From assembly GCA_964247055.1 (NCBI GenBank), contig OZ176054.1, positions 2,542,001 through 2,606,000 of the forward strand: a stretch of DNA of 64,000 nucleotides. Reading direction: 5' to 3'. Below, piece by piece: positions 14,701 through 28,259 of the stretch. The stretch is from Paragordius varius (lineage: Eukaryota; Animalia; Nematomorpha). Position numbers and translations under genes: made by a program. Under the pieces are notes generated by a model. That model did no database searches. It saw only the letters and a list, made by a program, of their open reading frames with translations, and was not told the DNA's origin. Position 1 is the stretch's first letter. Each line of letters begins with the position of its first letter.

Positions 14701-15992
14701 TTGAGCCATATCAGATGTGTTAAAGTTAAATTTATGAATGCGATTTATGATAAATAAAAATTGTTCTTTATTTATGGAAAAAATATTTAACAAAGGATAA
14801 TGATGTTTTATTTAAAATATGAGGAATGGTTTAACAACTATAAAACCAACTAATTTATTTTATATTAATTTATTTGGTAAGGCATGGCGTTTGCCAAATA
14901 AATGATCAGTTAATATCTATTTTTGCATATAAATGACAAATTAAATATATATATCTTATGTGGATCACATAACATAGAAAGGACACAAAGTTTAAGTATT
15001 TTTTGGTTTTTATCTAGAATTTGTAATTAAACATTTATAGTAAAAAAATATTTTATTGAGACTCCAAAAACCTCGAATTAGAGGGAAAAAATGGTTAAAA
15101 AAAACTTCAAACATTTAAAAAAGTAAAACCACATTTTTGTGTTTGTTTAGCGTAGTTAGGTTTTGAGCGGTTAAAAATATCACTCGTTATTTATTTGTAT
15201 TAAAAATAATTATGACCGCTATATTTTTTGAGCTTTGAATAAACATGAATTTAGAAATCATGGTCTCAAAATTAAATAACCTCTCACAGAACATATAATT
15301 AAATGGCCATTACCTGATATCATTTTATTACATTGTAACAATCAAAAATAAAATTGGGTTAAGTGGCAAAATTTCGTTTATTGTCGAAGTAATACTAAAC
15401 GATATGTTTTAAAGGTGTTAGTTACTAATTAATTTATACTATTAACAATTGTAAATATTATTGGTAAAAAATGGAATCTGAAATGATATTCATTAAATGT
15501 ATTATTTATAATACCATCTGAATGAATTGTATTGTTTTGAACTTTCTAAAAATGGTTTAATTAAAGACCCTATATGGTGAAATTTAATAGTATATAAAGT
15601 TTAATATTAAGTGGGAAAATGATTAATAATACCTTAGTATACGAGACATAAAATTTAATGATAATTTATTAATAAAAATCCAAAATATTGGTTAATAAAA
15701 TTAAAAGTACATTGAAAAAATCATAATAAATATAGTTTCAGATGCAAAATTATAGGTTATAACTGATTTTTTTTTCCTATATAATGTTCGCTAAAACGTT
15801 TAACAATTTTGCCAAAATTTACTTGAAAAAATCGGATCGACAATACACATATCCTTCACGGTAATAACATTTTTCCACTAGCGGAATGTTACATTCTTTG
15901 CAGGTTAGGCATTCTTCATGCCAGGATTGATCTCCTACGCGGAATAAATATTTATCTGATATAATCTTTTGACATCCTGTACATTCAATCAT
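2820..15992 (-). CDS. LHX1: LIM-homeobox transcription factor Lhx1/5 (Lim1/lin-11 class), 7 exons, about 851 aa
   Basis: Exons 15992-15823 (LIM1: [34 protein letters not shown]...CRSDFF), 7437-7226 (LIM2: RYGTKCSGC...[48 protein letters not shown]), 7153-6728, 6481-5948, 5555-5317 (homeodomain [47 protein letters not shown]), 4395-4062 ([27 protein letters not shown]) and 3460-2820. All junctions are GT-AG and in phase. The homeodomain and the [11 protein letters not shown] tail are diagnostic of Lhx1/5. The end of the last exon is less certain. Confidence 0.95.
9828..11607 (+). mobile_element. Non-autonomous Helitron concatemer in Lhx1 intron 1 (three 5' ends, one 3' end)
   Basis: A|TCTATATATTTATAAAAATGG 5' termini at 9828, 10882 and 11458. 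The 3' end has hairpins gaagtcc-gaa-ggacttc (11557-11573) and ctcgggctgc-gta-gcagcacgag (11574-11596), then CTAG|T at 11604-11608. Internal tandem units are about 510-575 bp. Confidence 0.85.
11725..11764. repeat. (TA)n microsatellite
   Basis: Nearly pure TA run of about 40 bp. Confidence 0.9.
13450..13990. repeat. Dispersed repeat family (probable MITE), copy 1
   Basis: Shares blocks such as aaaaatggcggcgaaaaa and atcgctctgg..ataaaacta.c.caaaaggt.atgaagtgtta with 57960-58170, and matches 28260-28550 and 29040-29525 in inverted orientation. Boundaries are approximate. Confidence 0.55.
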
Positions 15993-18900
15993 AAAATATG
16001 GGATGAATTAATTATGTTTGGTATTGAATATAATATTTCACAAATATCAAGAGCTGAATTAAAATTCAAATGGGATTTGATTGGCGCGAGAAATGCCTAA
16101 TTTTTACTTTTGTACCCTTGATATTTCCATCTCATATTCTTTAAAGATAAAGGAATATCGATAGTAAAAATAATGATGGAAAAATGTCGGTCAAACAAAA
16201 AAATAAAAAAAAATCGAGGTTTAAAACTAAATTTTGACTTTAAAAAAAGTAAGTTAGGATCCCTTAAAATATGGAGGGAGAACTGGGCAATATATATCAG
16301 TTCTGAATTAATTTTTAGTTAAGAGAAATTTTTTGTTTTAAAAGACTAAAAAATTGTAATATTATAATATAAAATTTATAACAAATATATATTCATTATA
16401 TATGAGTGCTCGTCTTCTGTCATTCATTTTTATGTAAAAATGATAATTTTTTATTACTTATTGCGAAGTGTGGCAAAACTGGTATACTTACATAATAAAA
16501 ACCAATATATTAATTTGTCAATAAAATTATCATTATGATTGATGTTTATCATAATATCATCTTTAATAAATTAAATTTTATTAATTCATTTAAGAGCTAA
16601 TGTACATTTTTGTATCCCCCTCTAAATTAAAATAAAAATTGGATAGTGATAATTCAAAATAAGGAATATTTTGGAAAATAATTTGTTTTATATTCAGGAA
16701 AACGACTCCGCAACGATATTGGAATTAGGCTATATAGTTTTAGTTTTATCAAAATATTTTTAAGGATGTCCAAAACTTTAAAAAGAGAATAAATAAAACC
16801 ACATAAAGAATGTTCAAGAATAAAATTCCGGTCAGATATTAGTTTAATGTATCAATCTTTTTAACGGTGTGTTAATTGTTGCTCAATAAATCATAATGAT
16901 GAAAAATTAGATACTCTATAAAGTTGTTTTAAGTATTGATGAAGAATTTGCAAAGTAAATTATATAAGAATAATATAATACAGTCGATACTTTTAACTTA
17001 ATTTCGTTATCTTGATTAAAAAATTATTGTTCTTTTTTAGAGAATCATATATAAAATATATAGAGAGAAAGTGCGCTTAGACGCGCAGCTTTTATAAAGT
17101 TTCACAGAAAGATACATAAAATACATATACAGAGCAACAATATTATATAATTTACTAATGTAATTTAGATATTAATTTTAACAAAAAAATTTTTTTTTAT
17201 CAAAAACTCGTTTAAATTCTATTCATGCTGGGTTAAACATTTTTACCGCAATCGCTACTTTTTAGTATATAATTAGGTGTATATCCACAACTAATCGATT
17301 AGTTAGTAAGAAATTAATTTTAAACCTAAAAAGCTTTTAGTTTAAACTTTGTCTAATTCAAAACTTTAAAGTAAAAATGTTACAATTAAAACAATACATT
17401 ACTTATATATATTATCAGATGGTTAGATCTAATGTTATTCTCGCTATTTTAACACATTAAAACTATATCCATGTTATAACGCAATTGTAAAGATAAAAAT
17501 TAAAAATTGTAACATATATTATGTATATTTGCATATATTTAAGTATATTTCTATCCGTGTTTTAATAATTTTTTCGCTTCTATCGTGAACAAAAATTTAC
17601 CTTCATGCATAAAGTATTATATCGTTTTTCAAATATTATTCAATGTCATTTTTTCAAAAAATGAGAAATATATTCTAAATATCTCATAATTTAGCGGTTA
17701 TTATCCATGAAACCACAAAAACACACATAAAAAATATCGATAAATTGCGAAAATTGATAAATTGTTAATTTAAATAATGTTATAAATTTAAAAATTAAAG
17801 TAACCTTGGGTACGATATAAGCAATTATAAGTCTTAAAAAAGCCTGAATTATTTTACCCATATAATTATTTCAAATGAGTAGTATGCATTCATTGAAGGC
17901 TCAGGTTTGTGTTATCCATTGTAATGTGAATGCTGTCAAAACGGTCCAACCTTATTCGTTAAAGCTAATATGCATAATAATGTAAAAATATATAATATTT
18001 TTTAAATTTGTTGTTTGAAATTATAGTTAACTGTTTTGGGTTGCGAAACACACTCGATTTCATATTTCACAATTGTAATTATGTGGGTTATTTCGAAATA
18101 ATCAAGGATGAGAATATATAATTTTCTTTATAATTATTATTTCTATATTTTGACCTTATAATATCAATATTTTACAGTAATGGGTTATATAGTAATCTAC
18201 AATAAGAATATATGGTATTTTTAGAAATGAATTAGTCTTTAAAATAAATTATAGTAATTGAACCCCTACTCCTTATTTATGGTACCATCAAGCTCTATAT
18301 TTATTTACATGTCCTGATTGATTGTAACTGATGAGATTTCTACCCTCTTTTTAATGTTATAACTATCTCCTTTAAACATTAAGGATAACTTTTTTGTAAG
18401 TTTTCAAATAAGCTGAGATTATTTTTTTCCAGTGTTATCGGCTGTGTATCATTTACAATACAATATTTTTAATTCTATATTTTATTGTAACGTTTAATTT
18501 AAACATTCGAATTTCAGTTATTTCGTATGTTGTGAGCCTAAATCAAACTGATCACTGTATTATACTCTAAAAAATATTTTTATCACATTTTAATTATTAC
18601 ACTATATATATGGATTTAAATATGTTATAATATGGACCATTAAAGAAAGCCTAATCAGGGGGACTTTAAAATTAATTTATTATCTTTTATTCAGGTGCGA
18701 AAATGTATAAAATTAATTCTAATTCTCATACCTTATAGAAAATTTACAGTTAAGTTTATGAACCGCTAAAAATGTTTAGTAAAAACTAATAGACAGAGCA
18801 AATGCATATTTAAAGCATAATTAGATTTTGATTTATATATAGGTCAATAAAGCTCACTCTTTTCATATTAGCTGAAACTCGATCACAAAAGGATCTCCTA

Positions 18901-19974
18901 GTACACATCAGTGATATATTGAAATTATATACACACTATGCTATATTATAACCATTTACCATGACTAATGTTCAAAAAACAGAATTTTGATTAGAGTAAT
19001 GCAGATGAGGCATAAAGAAATTGATTGGTAAATATACTAAACAACATTATTATTTGCGTGCAATTACCGCGCGGTAGACAAAATTTGAAATTTTATATAA
19101 TTATTTTATTTTAACGTTTTTTAGCTCAAAATTATAATACACAAACCAATGTGTTTAAACTTTGTTGAAATTTAAATAGCTCTTAGATTTTGCTGTTTAT
19201 GGATGATCTTTTGAGAAACAACCAAGTACATATTTAAAAAATGAGAGAGGTTGATAAACCTTATATATTCCATATAAAAATAACGAAATTGTGCATACAA
19301 TGTTATGAAAGAACCATAGCATTCCATTCCTAACTTCATTTTTTGTAAAGATATCATACAGTTAAAATATAAGATGGTTTTTACATTATTTTAGGTACAA
19401 CCTTGAGAAATTATGATCAGCCAAACATTCATAGGCTTCTAAAAATTTAAGAAAAAATATTCATCTTATATATATCTTTTGCTATAAAAGGTGGTGTTTA
19501 TGGCAAAACTAAAATTCAAACAGCCAGCACGTATATGGATTACTGCTCTCATAATTTTATGCTACTTTATTTGAAAATTCGAATAAGATATGTGAGATTG
19601 GTTTTTAAAGATTTTTGGTATTTAAGAATATAAATCATACTCTATTATTCCTAATAAAAAACTATACAAAATAAAAATTTGCCATGGCAAAATTTTTCTC
19701 GTGCAGGGAATCATAGATATTTACATTTTACAAGCCTTTAATAAATTAAGTACACCCATGTTTCCGCTAATTAATTGGTAAATGTAATACCATTCCATTA
19801 TATTTTAAATGGTAAAAGGTAAACACTGTATGTGTTTTATTGCAGCTTAGCTTAGCAAATTAAACTGATGCTAAAGTTTATGGCCATAAAAAATTATTTT
19901 TGGTTATTTCATAATTTTGGTGATGTTGTAAATTACATGACAATATCAGGCAATTATTTATGGATACATGTTTA

Positions 19975-20930
19975 CCAGGCGTAGTCATAAGTTACAACCG
20001 GTTTTACTAAGAGAAAAGTCGGCGAAAGCATGATTTTTCACAGACACCATTGTTCATTAGATATTAACGACATATACACACAAGTTGAGTTCGCCAAAAA
20101 GTAGCGTCTATATTTTATCATTCAATAATATCGAATTTCGTGCCTGAAAAAAAAACGTGGGCGGCGATTTGCCATTAGAAGAAAAAGGATAAAAGTTATC
20201 GTTGAATGGCAGTAATATATGGTAAACATGCTCTATCGTTTAACATAAAATATGATTTCGAAATACTAATTTTATGTGATAGTGACCTCTCTAACTGCTA
20301 AGACGCCAAAGTGAAAGAGTCATTGGTTTATGACACAACCTAAACTTAAAAACAATCGGCAGAAGTATTACGTGCATCATAAAAAACAATCGATAGATGC
20401 CTACGAGCCATGAAAAAGACCAATAAACTCGGTAAGTGGGTCCCACACAACTCGAATCAACGTCATATTGAAAATCGCAAAGTGACTTGTGAAATCCTGC
20501 TTCAACGACGAAAAGAAATCTTTTTTGCATCAAATTGGGACGAATGTTGAGAAATGACTTTTTGTAAATTTAAAGAGTCGTGGCTTTCACCATGCCAACC
20601 TGATCCATCAACGCCAATACCAAATCGCTTTGGCAAGAAGATCATGCTCTATATCTCGGGGACCAGAACGATATTTTGTATTTCAAACGTTTAATACTCA
20701 GTGAAACTGTTGATACACAATGCTTTCGCCAACAAATGAGCAATTTAAACCATGCATTAATCGAAAAACGACCACAGAATACATATTGTATTAGTTGGGG
20801 CAAATTTTTTATCTTTCTTCCATATGCTCTCGTGAAAAAACTGTTTGCAAATATGATTTTTTAAAAATCCAAAATTGGCCTTGCTGTCGCCAAAGTAGAC
20901 TTAGCCAGAAGATTCTTTGTTGGCCACCGG
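19975..20930 (+). mobile_element. Degenerate mariner (Mos1/mauritiana-like) remnant
   Basis: Left TIR TA|CCAGGCGTAGTCATAAGTTACAACCGGTT. Frameshifted transposase motifs [25 protein letters not shown] and ETVDTQCFRQQMSNLNHALIEKRP match Mos1 motifs WVPHEL, TCEILL and PNRFGKKTML. The right TIR was not found. Confidence 0.9.
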
Positions 20931-22067
20931 TTATACATAAAATTGTAATACTCAAAGTGCTTAAAAACACGATTTTTAATCGAAAATAAAAATTAGACAT
21001 TTAACGATTAACATTTTTGTTGAAAATGGGCTTTTTTTAAATCTCAAAATTCAAAAATAATCGTAAATTAAATTGGCTCCTATTAATAACAAATTATAGA
21101 ATTTAGAAATATAATTAGTTTTTGTTTATGATATATTAACCAATTGAAAGTAGAATTGATTAACTATAAACCAAGATTTTTTTACAAATATTTTATTAAA
21201 AGCATTCATAAGAGTAAAATCAGTCAAACCTTTTGGTGCTAAATGTATGTGTTAGGCACAAACCCTTCCAAATATACGTTTTTTATAAAATATTTGGCTT
21301 AATTAACAGTAAAAATTGACAGAAAAATCAAATCTTTGAAATCGATATATAAGAATGGGATATTATTTTTTGATTTATTGACATTAAAATATATATATGA
21401 TGTATGAATTCATGGTTATCTCATAGACAGATGATCTAAATATAAACAAAAAATAAACAATTAATAAAATAAAAAAATATCAATATATATAAACAAAATT
21501 AATAAAACTTACAGATTGCAAATATTCGAGAAGGCACACTCTGACTTTCTCCCAAACACGCAACGCGATTTGATAAATTTCATGGTCGGATGAATTAAAC
21601 ATTATAGCATTCTATGAATATAAAAAAAGTAGTAATAACTAAATGTAAAGGTTATAGGTTATTTAAAATATCCTAAAGTATTATAAGCTTTTTTTAAAAA
21701 AAAGAATTTTATATGTGCCCACTATATTAAAATAGTTAAACGATTTATACCGCTATTGATTGCAATATATTAGTAGCTCTTTTTGTGCGGCTTCGTTTAC
21801 TGTATACGAAGTTTAAATATACCCCAATTTTTAATTAATGTATTGTGATAATTAAACCGATAGGGTTTTTTCAAATAGCTTAAATAAAAAATGATCCAAA
21901 CCACACTTGTTAACTATAAAATGAATTTTCAAAACTATGTGCCGATAAATATCAAATAAAATATCATTTATATCATACAAATGGCCTATTAAAAAGGTAA
22001 TAACCACTGATAAATAAAAACTAAATATTCAATTAAATAACCTTAACTACTTAAATTATTTGTTTTA

Positions 22068-24872
22068 TCATATATATATATATATCTTTACAATAAAATT
22101 GTTGAAATTGTTTAGAAAATATAAATGGCAAAAATGGCCAATTTTTACCGCATGCATGACATAGATGTGATATACTAGTTCCAAATCATTCCGTATTTTA
22201 TCCATGTTAATGAACGTGAGGATATGTTTATAGGACAATGGGAACCGAATACAATCCACATACCCAGGTATATGGTCGACATTTAATTGCAAAAATATAT
22301 CATTCTCGGGTATTATGCTTAACCGTTGTAAGAAAAATTTGCTTCTAGATTTCCAGTGCTGATTGAAAACCATAATGTTGTTTGTTATAACCAACTCATT
22401 GTTGTTTGGAGAAAGCAAAGTAATACTATTATCATTGGATTCCAAATTAGGGGTCAGTTTTCGTTTCCGGCTTCGACGATTTAAAACGCTACTGATTTTC
22501 CGTTTAATTTGCCTCTTTGGCGGTTTCAGCAAGGTTGAGGTGGAGCTTTGTAAAAATAATGTATTATTATGTTTATTCATGGTGCTTAAGTATATATGAA
22601 AGATGATGTATAATCATTTATGTGAATAAAAGTCAATTGTATAATTGGAATGAGGTTAAGTATTTGATTTGTCAAACAAAATCAAATTGATATATATTAG
22701 TTAAGTTTAAAAATTAACAGAAAGTTGTGGAAATTTTGATTCATACCTTCATTTTATAGTTAAATCAGATGATATGTAAAATATTTTGACTGATCATATT
22801 TAAAAAGGTTTACAGACACGGTAACAAATGTAATATAAAATGAGATTATAACCGGTCAGACTTAACCCTAAGTAGAGCCATAAACTAAAAAAAATTATTT
22901 TGATATATCTGAATTCAAATAAATCATACCTGGGTTTTGAAACTATGGTATAATCCCTTATAAGTCCATCATCATCATCTTTATATTCAATAGTTATAAC
23001 ATCGAGTTTGTTCGGGTTTTCATTTGTTGGCATTATATCTATGCTAGGTAATGATATGGTGCTCAAATTTCTTTTCACATCTAACATATTGTTGAATGGT
23101 ATTGAACATTTTTTATCCTCATCATATCTATATGAAATTATAGCGGCATAATTGGGGGTATGCATAGCGGAATTAGCCATGGAAGTTAATCCATTTAAGG
23201 GTTGTAGTTTTAGATTAGGTGGTGGTGGTAGTGGTTTTAAACAATGTTGGGCTGGTTCACTGAAAAACTTCAAAGAATTATATTCACGATTTTTAACATG
23301 GATTATGGATTCAGCTGGCGGCGTTAAAAAGGGCGAAATTACATTTGGGTAGTGAGACGATTTATAGTTGCTAATACTAATATCATTAACATTATTTACT
23401 AATTTTGAGATATATGTGTTTGATTTGGGGACTAGAGAAGAATTAATAGAATCACGATTGGGGTAATGAACTGGAACTAAATTTTGCAATAATTCTGTTT
23501 GTTTTGATAAAAAACGATTATGGCGATTCAAATTTAGTTTCACATTTTCAAGCGTTATTTTTGGCTCTTCAAACTGTGGTATATTATCACATGGACCTTT
23601 ATTCACATCGGCGTTAAAAGCTCGTAATTTTGTGTCAAGCATATGCTTAATCCACAAATCCGAAAAAGATGTATACTTAATACGTTGCCCAAAAATTTGG
23701 CCAAATACTCGCTGCGGTTTAGAATTTTGTGCATAATGAGTTGCGTTGGGTATTATTTGATGCGGACATAAAAAATCACACCTAGTTAAAGAGAATTGTT
23801 GAAATGAGATAGGATCAGTGATCGGGGATGAAGAACATTGTAAAAACGTTCGACCTTTTGCCGTTAAATGCGAAGGTAACCGTAACCTAGGAGCTCTTAA
23901 AAATGTGTCCATCTCATTACGCATTGGACATACGGGCCAAGGTTGCGTGCAAGGTAATGTGTGTAAGCCCTTTAGTGGTGGAATAAAATCGGTAACCAAC
24001 TTAAATGCATTATTAATCATATTTACGGTTGGGGGTACCTTATTATATAAATTCATATTGCCATTGGATAAAATGGAAAATAAATTTTGTTGATTAAGTG
24101 ACTGGTTATTGTAAATGTTTATATCATCAATATTTTGAGCATTTAATGATGATTCTTGATAGGCAGAGCCTATTTCTAGCATCTGTCCAGTATTCAAATA
24201 TTCAGTTTGAGATTCTTTTATATTTTGCTGCTCATTGCAATAACTTAAATCAGTCGTTGTTAAATAACTGGAATCGCATTGTACCACTTTATCCAACAAA
24301 TCCATAACACAATAATAGACTTGTTCGTCATTAAACAATGTTGCATCCTCATACATGGATGATGTGGTCGAATAAATATGTTGGTCGGATCCAGTACTGC
24401 TATTTTCATCATCTTCACATACATTATCTTTTTCAAATGGAACAGAGGCTGTAAAATCTAGGTGATATATAAACATATGGAAAATTAAATTTATCATCAA
24501 TAACAGTGTGGATAAAATCTCTTTTTTTATTAAAAACCAAAAATTGTAATAGAGATTCAAAATCCTCTTATCTAGGGCTGACGGTTATGAAAAAATTGGA
24601 CAATTTCCGGTAATAAACTGTAGCACATCAATTAAAATTTTAATTAAAAAAGCGTAAATATTAATCTTGTCTCGGTGCAAATATTTGCTCAATTTAAAAA
24701 TTTAAGATTCTTTAGTAATATTAAAATATTATTACGGTTAACGTTCTCAATCGTGGTAATAGGGTTTTCTGCATGTTTTGCATAATTTTCCAATATACTT
24801 TGTTCTGCCTTAGCTTTTAGTTTGGTAGTTAACCATTTCGGTAAATAGCGATCACCAGAGGACTGATATGGG
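22068..24872 (-). CDS. Unidentified multi-exon gene: long low-complexity exon followed by a possible degenerate bromodomain; 5' end unresolved
   Basis: In-phase exons 24872-24799, 24457-22930 (about 509 codons open) and 22545 onward (stop 22068, or a donor near 22150). The last exon encodes FLQLNVDHIPGYVDCIRFPLSYKHI...IRNDLELVY. Further candidate upstream exons (for example 26963-26884, GYVFVCTVC) could not be joined with confidence. Confidence 0.7.
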
Positions 24873-25100
24873 CTAGAGTAAATTTAAATATTTACTTTGG
24901 GATAGCATACAGTAGTTCAATAAATAATCTAATATGCCCATTTCTCAAAACATTCAACAAATTGATGCCAAGACTTTATATAATTATGCAATATTACTTT
25001 ATTTCATATAATTGATCAGTTTGATACTTTGCATACTGGTGACATGTGAGATTATGAACGAAGCTTAGAGTTTTAAATTCCAGATCCCGCGTGGGGCGCA

Positions 25101-25907
25101 TTAACACTTGGATACAACACATTCATTTAATTCGATTCAAATTGGGCTTGTTGGATACCTCAGGCTTGTTTAAAATTAAATATTCCAAAAAAAATTGAAT
25201 AAATAAAATTCAGGCCAAAATTTTGCACTTATTTAACATTAATGACTTTTCTTTTTCTATCGAAGTATAGATATGATAGAAATAAAAAATTAGCTTTAAA
25301 TATAGCGTCACAATCAATTAACACTTCGATTCAAATTGGGGTATCTAAATACCCCAGACTAAATTTAAATTAATATTTTCAAAAAACTACTGAAGGAAAC
25401 GGTCCCAATTTAAATTTATGCTTCTATCCTGATAAATATTATGTAAATATGCCAATATATCTTGATAAAATTTTGTTTTGAAAAAAAAGCTTCATCTCAA
25501 ACTACTTCGACGCCATTTTTATTTTAAAAAATTTTTGCAAAATATCGAGTTCATTTAATTTTAAGGGTAAAACTAAAGCTAATTTTTTATATAAATTACA
25601 TCTAACATTGATAGAAATAGAAAAAGCGGTTTAGTTTGTATAATTTTTTAATTTTACAATTTGACACATGTCACGTTGACGAAATTTTTACCTTTCGGTT
25701 TTAGCTTAAAATAAGTAATACCAAGTATTTTTGAATAAAATTTTTTATATATTTCGATTTATTAATGTTAGATGAGTGCAAAATTTTGCCATGGTTTCGA
25801 TTCCTTCTATATTTTTTGAAGAATTTAATTTTAAACAGGCCTGGGGTATTTAAGTACCCCAATTTGAATCGGAGGACTAAAATGAGTGTGTTGTATCCAA
25901 GTGTTAA
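25101..25907. mobile_element. TTAA-flanked (piggyBac-like) MITE composite: partial copy plus inverted full copy
   Basis: TTAA|CACTTGGATACAACAC at 25101 and GTGTTGTATCCAAGTG|TTAA ending at 25907. An internal second end type, TTAACACTTCGATTCAAATTGGGG, lies at 25318. Confidence 0.8.
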
Positions 25908-27694
25908 ACACGATATTTACAAATGTTGTAGAATAAAAATGGCGTCGATAGTTTAATTCGGAACTTTTTTCCAAAACTAAATTTTATTTATATATTTTGG
26001 CTTATATATATAATTTTTGTTAGGATAGAAATAGAAATTAAATTGTGATCGTCAGTAGTTTTTTTAAAAATATCAACTTAGATATTATCTGGGGATTTTG
26101 ATACCACAGTCCGAATCTTATTGTTAATCAGAAAGTAGGGCCTTTAAAATTCCCAACCCTTTTTTTCACGCCCTATCAATTGCAAACAAAAATTATTGAT
26201 ATAAATATGTGTAATACTTTATAATATCATAAAACTCCCATTCAATGAGCTCCTTATATTTCCATTTTTTGTTTTTTAATATCGACAAAAGTGGTATCGC
26301 CGAAATCCTTAAATTTGATTCTAGTTTTTTTTAAATTAAATCCTCCAAATTTTTCGTGCTCCCATTAAATTTTCCCCCCTTGAGCTGCCCCTTTTTTGGC
26401 AACAACTGCTTTTGAAGCTCTAAACAAAAATTAAGAACACCATCAAATTTTCGCAGAAAATTACATTTGATTGTAGTTTTGTACTCCAGAGCTCAAACAG
26501 TTTTGTTTAACTTTTATTATCTAATGTTTTCTCCTGTATATAGAAAATTATTTTTTAAAAAGTTTTGACCTTCTAGGGCCCAAAATGAGGATAGCTCACT
26601 CTAGTAAAATAACTGTTAAAACTATTATATATATTGATTATTTGCGACTAAAAAGTTTATGAAACTATAAGATGATGATTTACATTTTTAACAATATATT
26701 TTTGGCTTGTTGAGCGTTAAATATATAAGGAAAAAAAATAAGGATGAAAAAATTAAATTATTTTAATCATGGACCAAATAGGCTTTTTCATATTTTTATA
26801 TATGGCCTAATATATTAAAAAACATTGTAATATTTTGTAAAAACGCTTTAGGATACAAAACTAACTAAATATAATGGTTCTACCTGTGATTTTTTGTCCG
26901 CCTTAATTATAACTCCTGGGTTGCCATATCGCATACACACAGTGCACACAAATACATATCCTACTGAAATTATATTCTGGAAAAAATAAGAATCATGATA
27001 ATATCTTTTTTTGGCCTTACCAGATATATTAAAAAGCTATTAACAATTTTTTGGAAACTGTTCCATATCAAAAAATCATGAAATTTCACACATTATGCTG
27101 AAAAATTTTTTTTGGCAAAAGATAAATGATTCATTCCAAAAAAGATCCTTAAAATATATCATAAATCATACACGATATAAAAATGTCTCAGGATTATCAT
27201 AATGCTTTGGTTTTGGGGTTTACGATGAGTTTAATTTTATAAATAACTTTTGTGGTGTTCCATATCAAAAATGGGCGTGTTTATTCATATTTTGCAAATA
27301 AATTGTAAAACTGAAAATCTTCATGTTGAATATGACTAAAATAATAATATATTTAAATTTTTTTTAAAGTTTAGATGTGGGGTCCAAATCTCTTAGATTT
27401 TTACGTATATGTCATTTATTTAACCAGCGCAAAATTCCGATATTTTGTTAAAAATTATGATTATTCGCTAAATTTTTACTCCATTACCTTTTGGGGTAGT
27501 CTGTATCCCAGTGTTATTTGAAAATTGAACATCCTAAAGAGTATAGCTAATAAGCCGCATTTATCTGCTTTCTTTAATCTTTTGGGTGCATTACACAGTG
27601 TACAAAATCAGGGGTCATGAAAAAAATATCTCGATAAAATAAATATACTCTGATAGAAAAATGTATCAGAATTATCATTTTTGTGCTAAATGCT

Positions 27695-28115
27695 CTATAT
27701 CAGAAAACGGCAAAATCTGGCCCATAATTTTTTTGAAAACTAAATACTTCATTCCAAAAAATATTACTTAAATATATCATAAATTACTTATAAAACACAA
27801 ACCAATATTTTTATAATATTTTAATTTTTAGAATTCCAAAAGTCCTAAATCTTTTTCAAAATTTAGCATATATTTAAAATTTTTATCGCGTAATGCCGGC
27901 ATTTTATATCAAAGGAACTAGCCCGTTTTATAAGAGTAAAAAAATTTGGACTGTATGATGATCCCAGATCTAAAAATTGAAATATTATAAAAATATTGTT
28001 TTGCTGTTTATAACTAGTTTATGATATATTTTAGTAAAATTTTGTGGAATGAAGCATTTATCTTTCATAAAAAATTTGTACAAATAATGTGTATAAATTT
28101 TGCCACTTTCTGATG
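27695..28115. repeat. Degenerate inverted repeat (arms about 140 bp); related blocks near 27060-27200 and 31090-31270
   Basis: cttcattccaaaaatattactaaatatatcataaatta...atttttataatattttaatttttag is mirrored by ctaaaaattgaaatattataaaaatattg...tatgatatattttagtaaaattttgtggaatgaag. Confidence 0.55.
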
Positions 28116-28259
28116 TGAAACACAAGCCCAAAATACAAAAGAAAGATGAGAATCATTTTTCTATCAGTTCATTATAATATTTTTTGTTATATACAAAACA
28201 TTTTTACATAAAATGTAAAAATGTGAAAAATTCTCATCTTAAATCCTCATTTAAATATT

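Noticed and set aside
17289-17304. Perfect 16-bp palindrome AACTAATCGATTAGTT (Onecut/Cux-like core) 1.3 kb upstream of Lhx1
   Set aside because: A few palindromes of this length are expected by chance in 64 kb of such AT-rich DNA, and there is no independent support.
25040-25100. GATCCCGCGTGGGGCGCA, resembling a tRNA T-arm and acceptor end
   Set aside because: No cloverleaf or A-box could be built upstream; at most it is an eroded SINE fragment.
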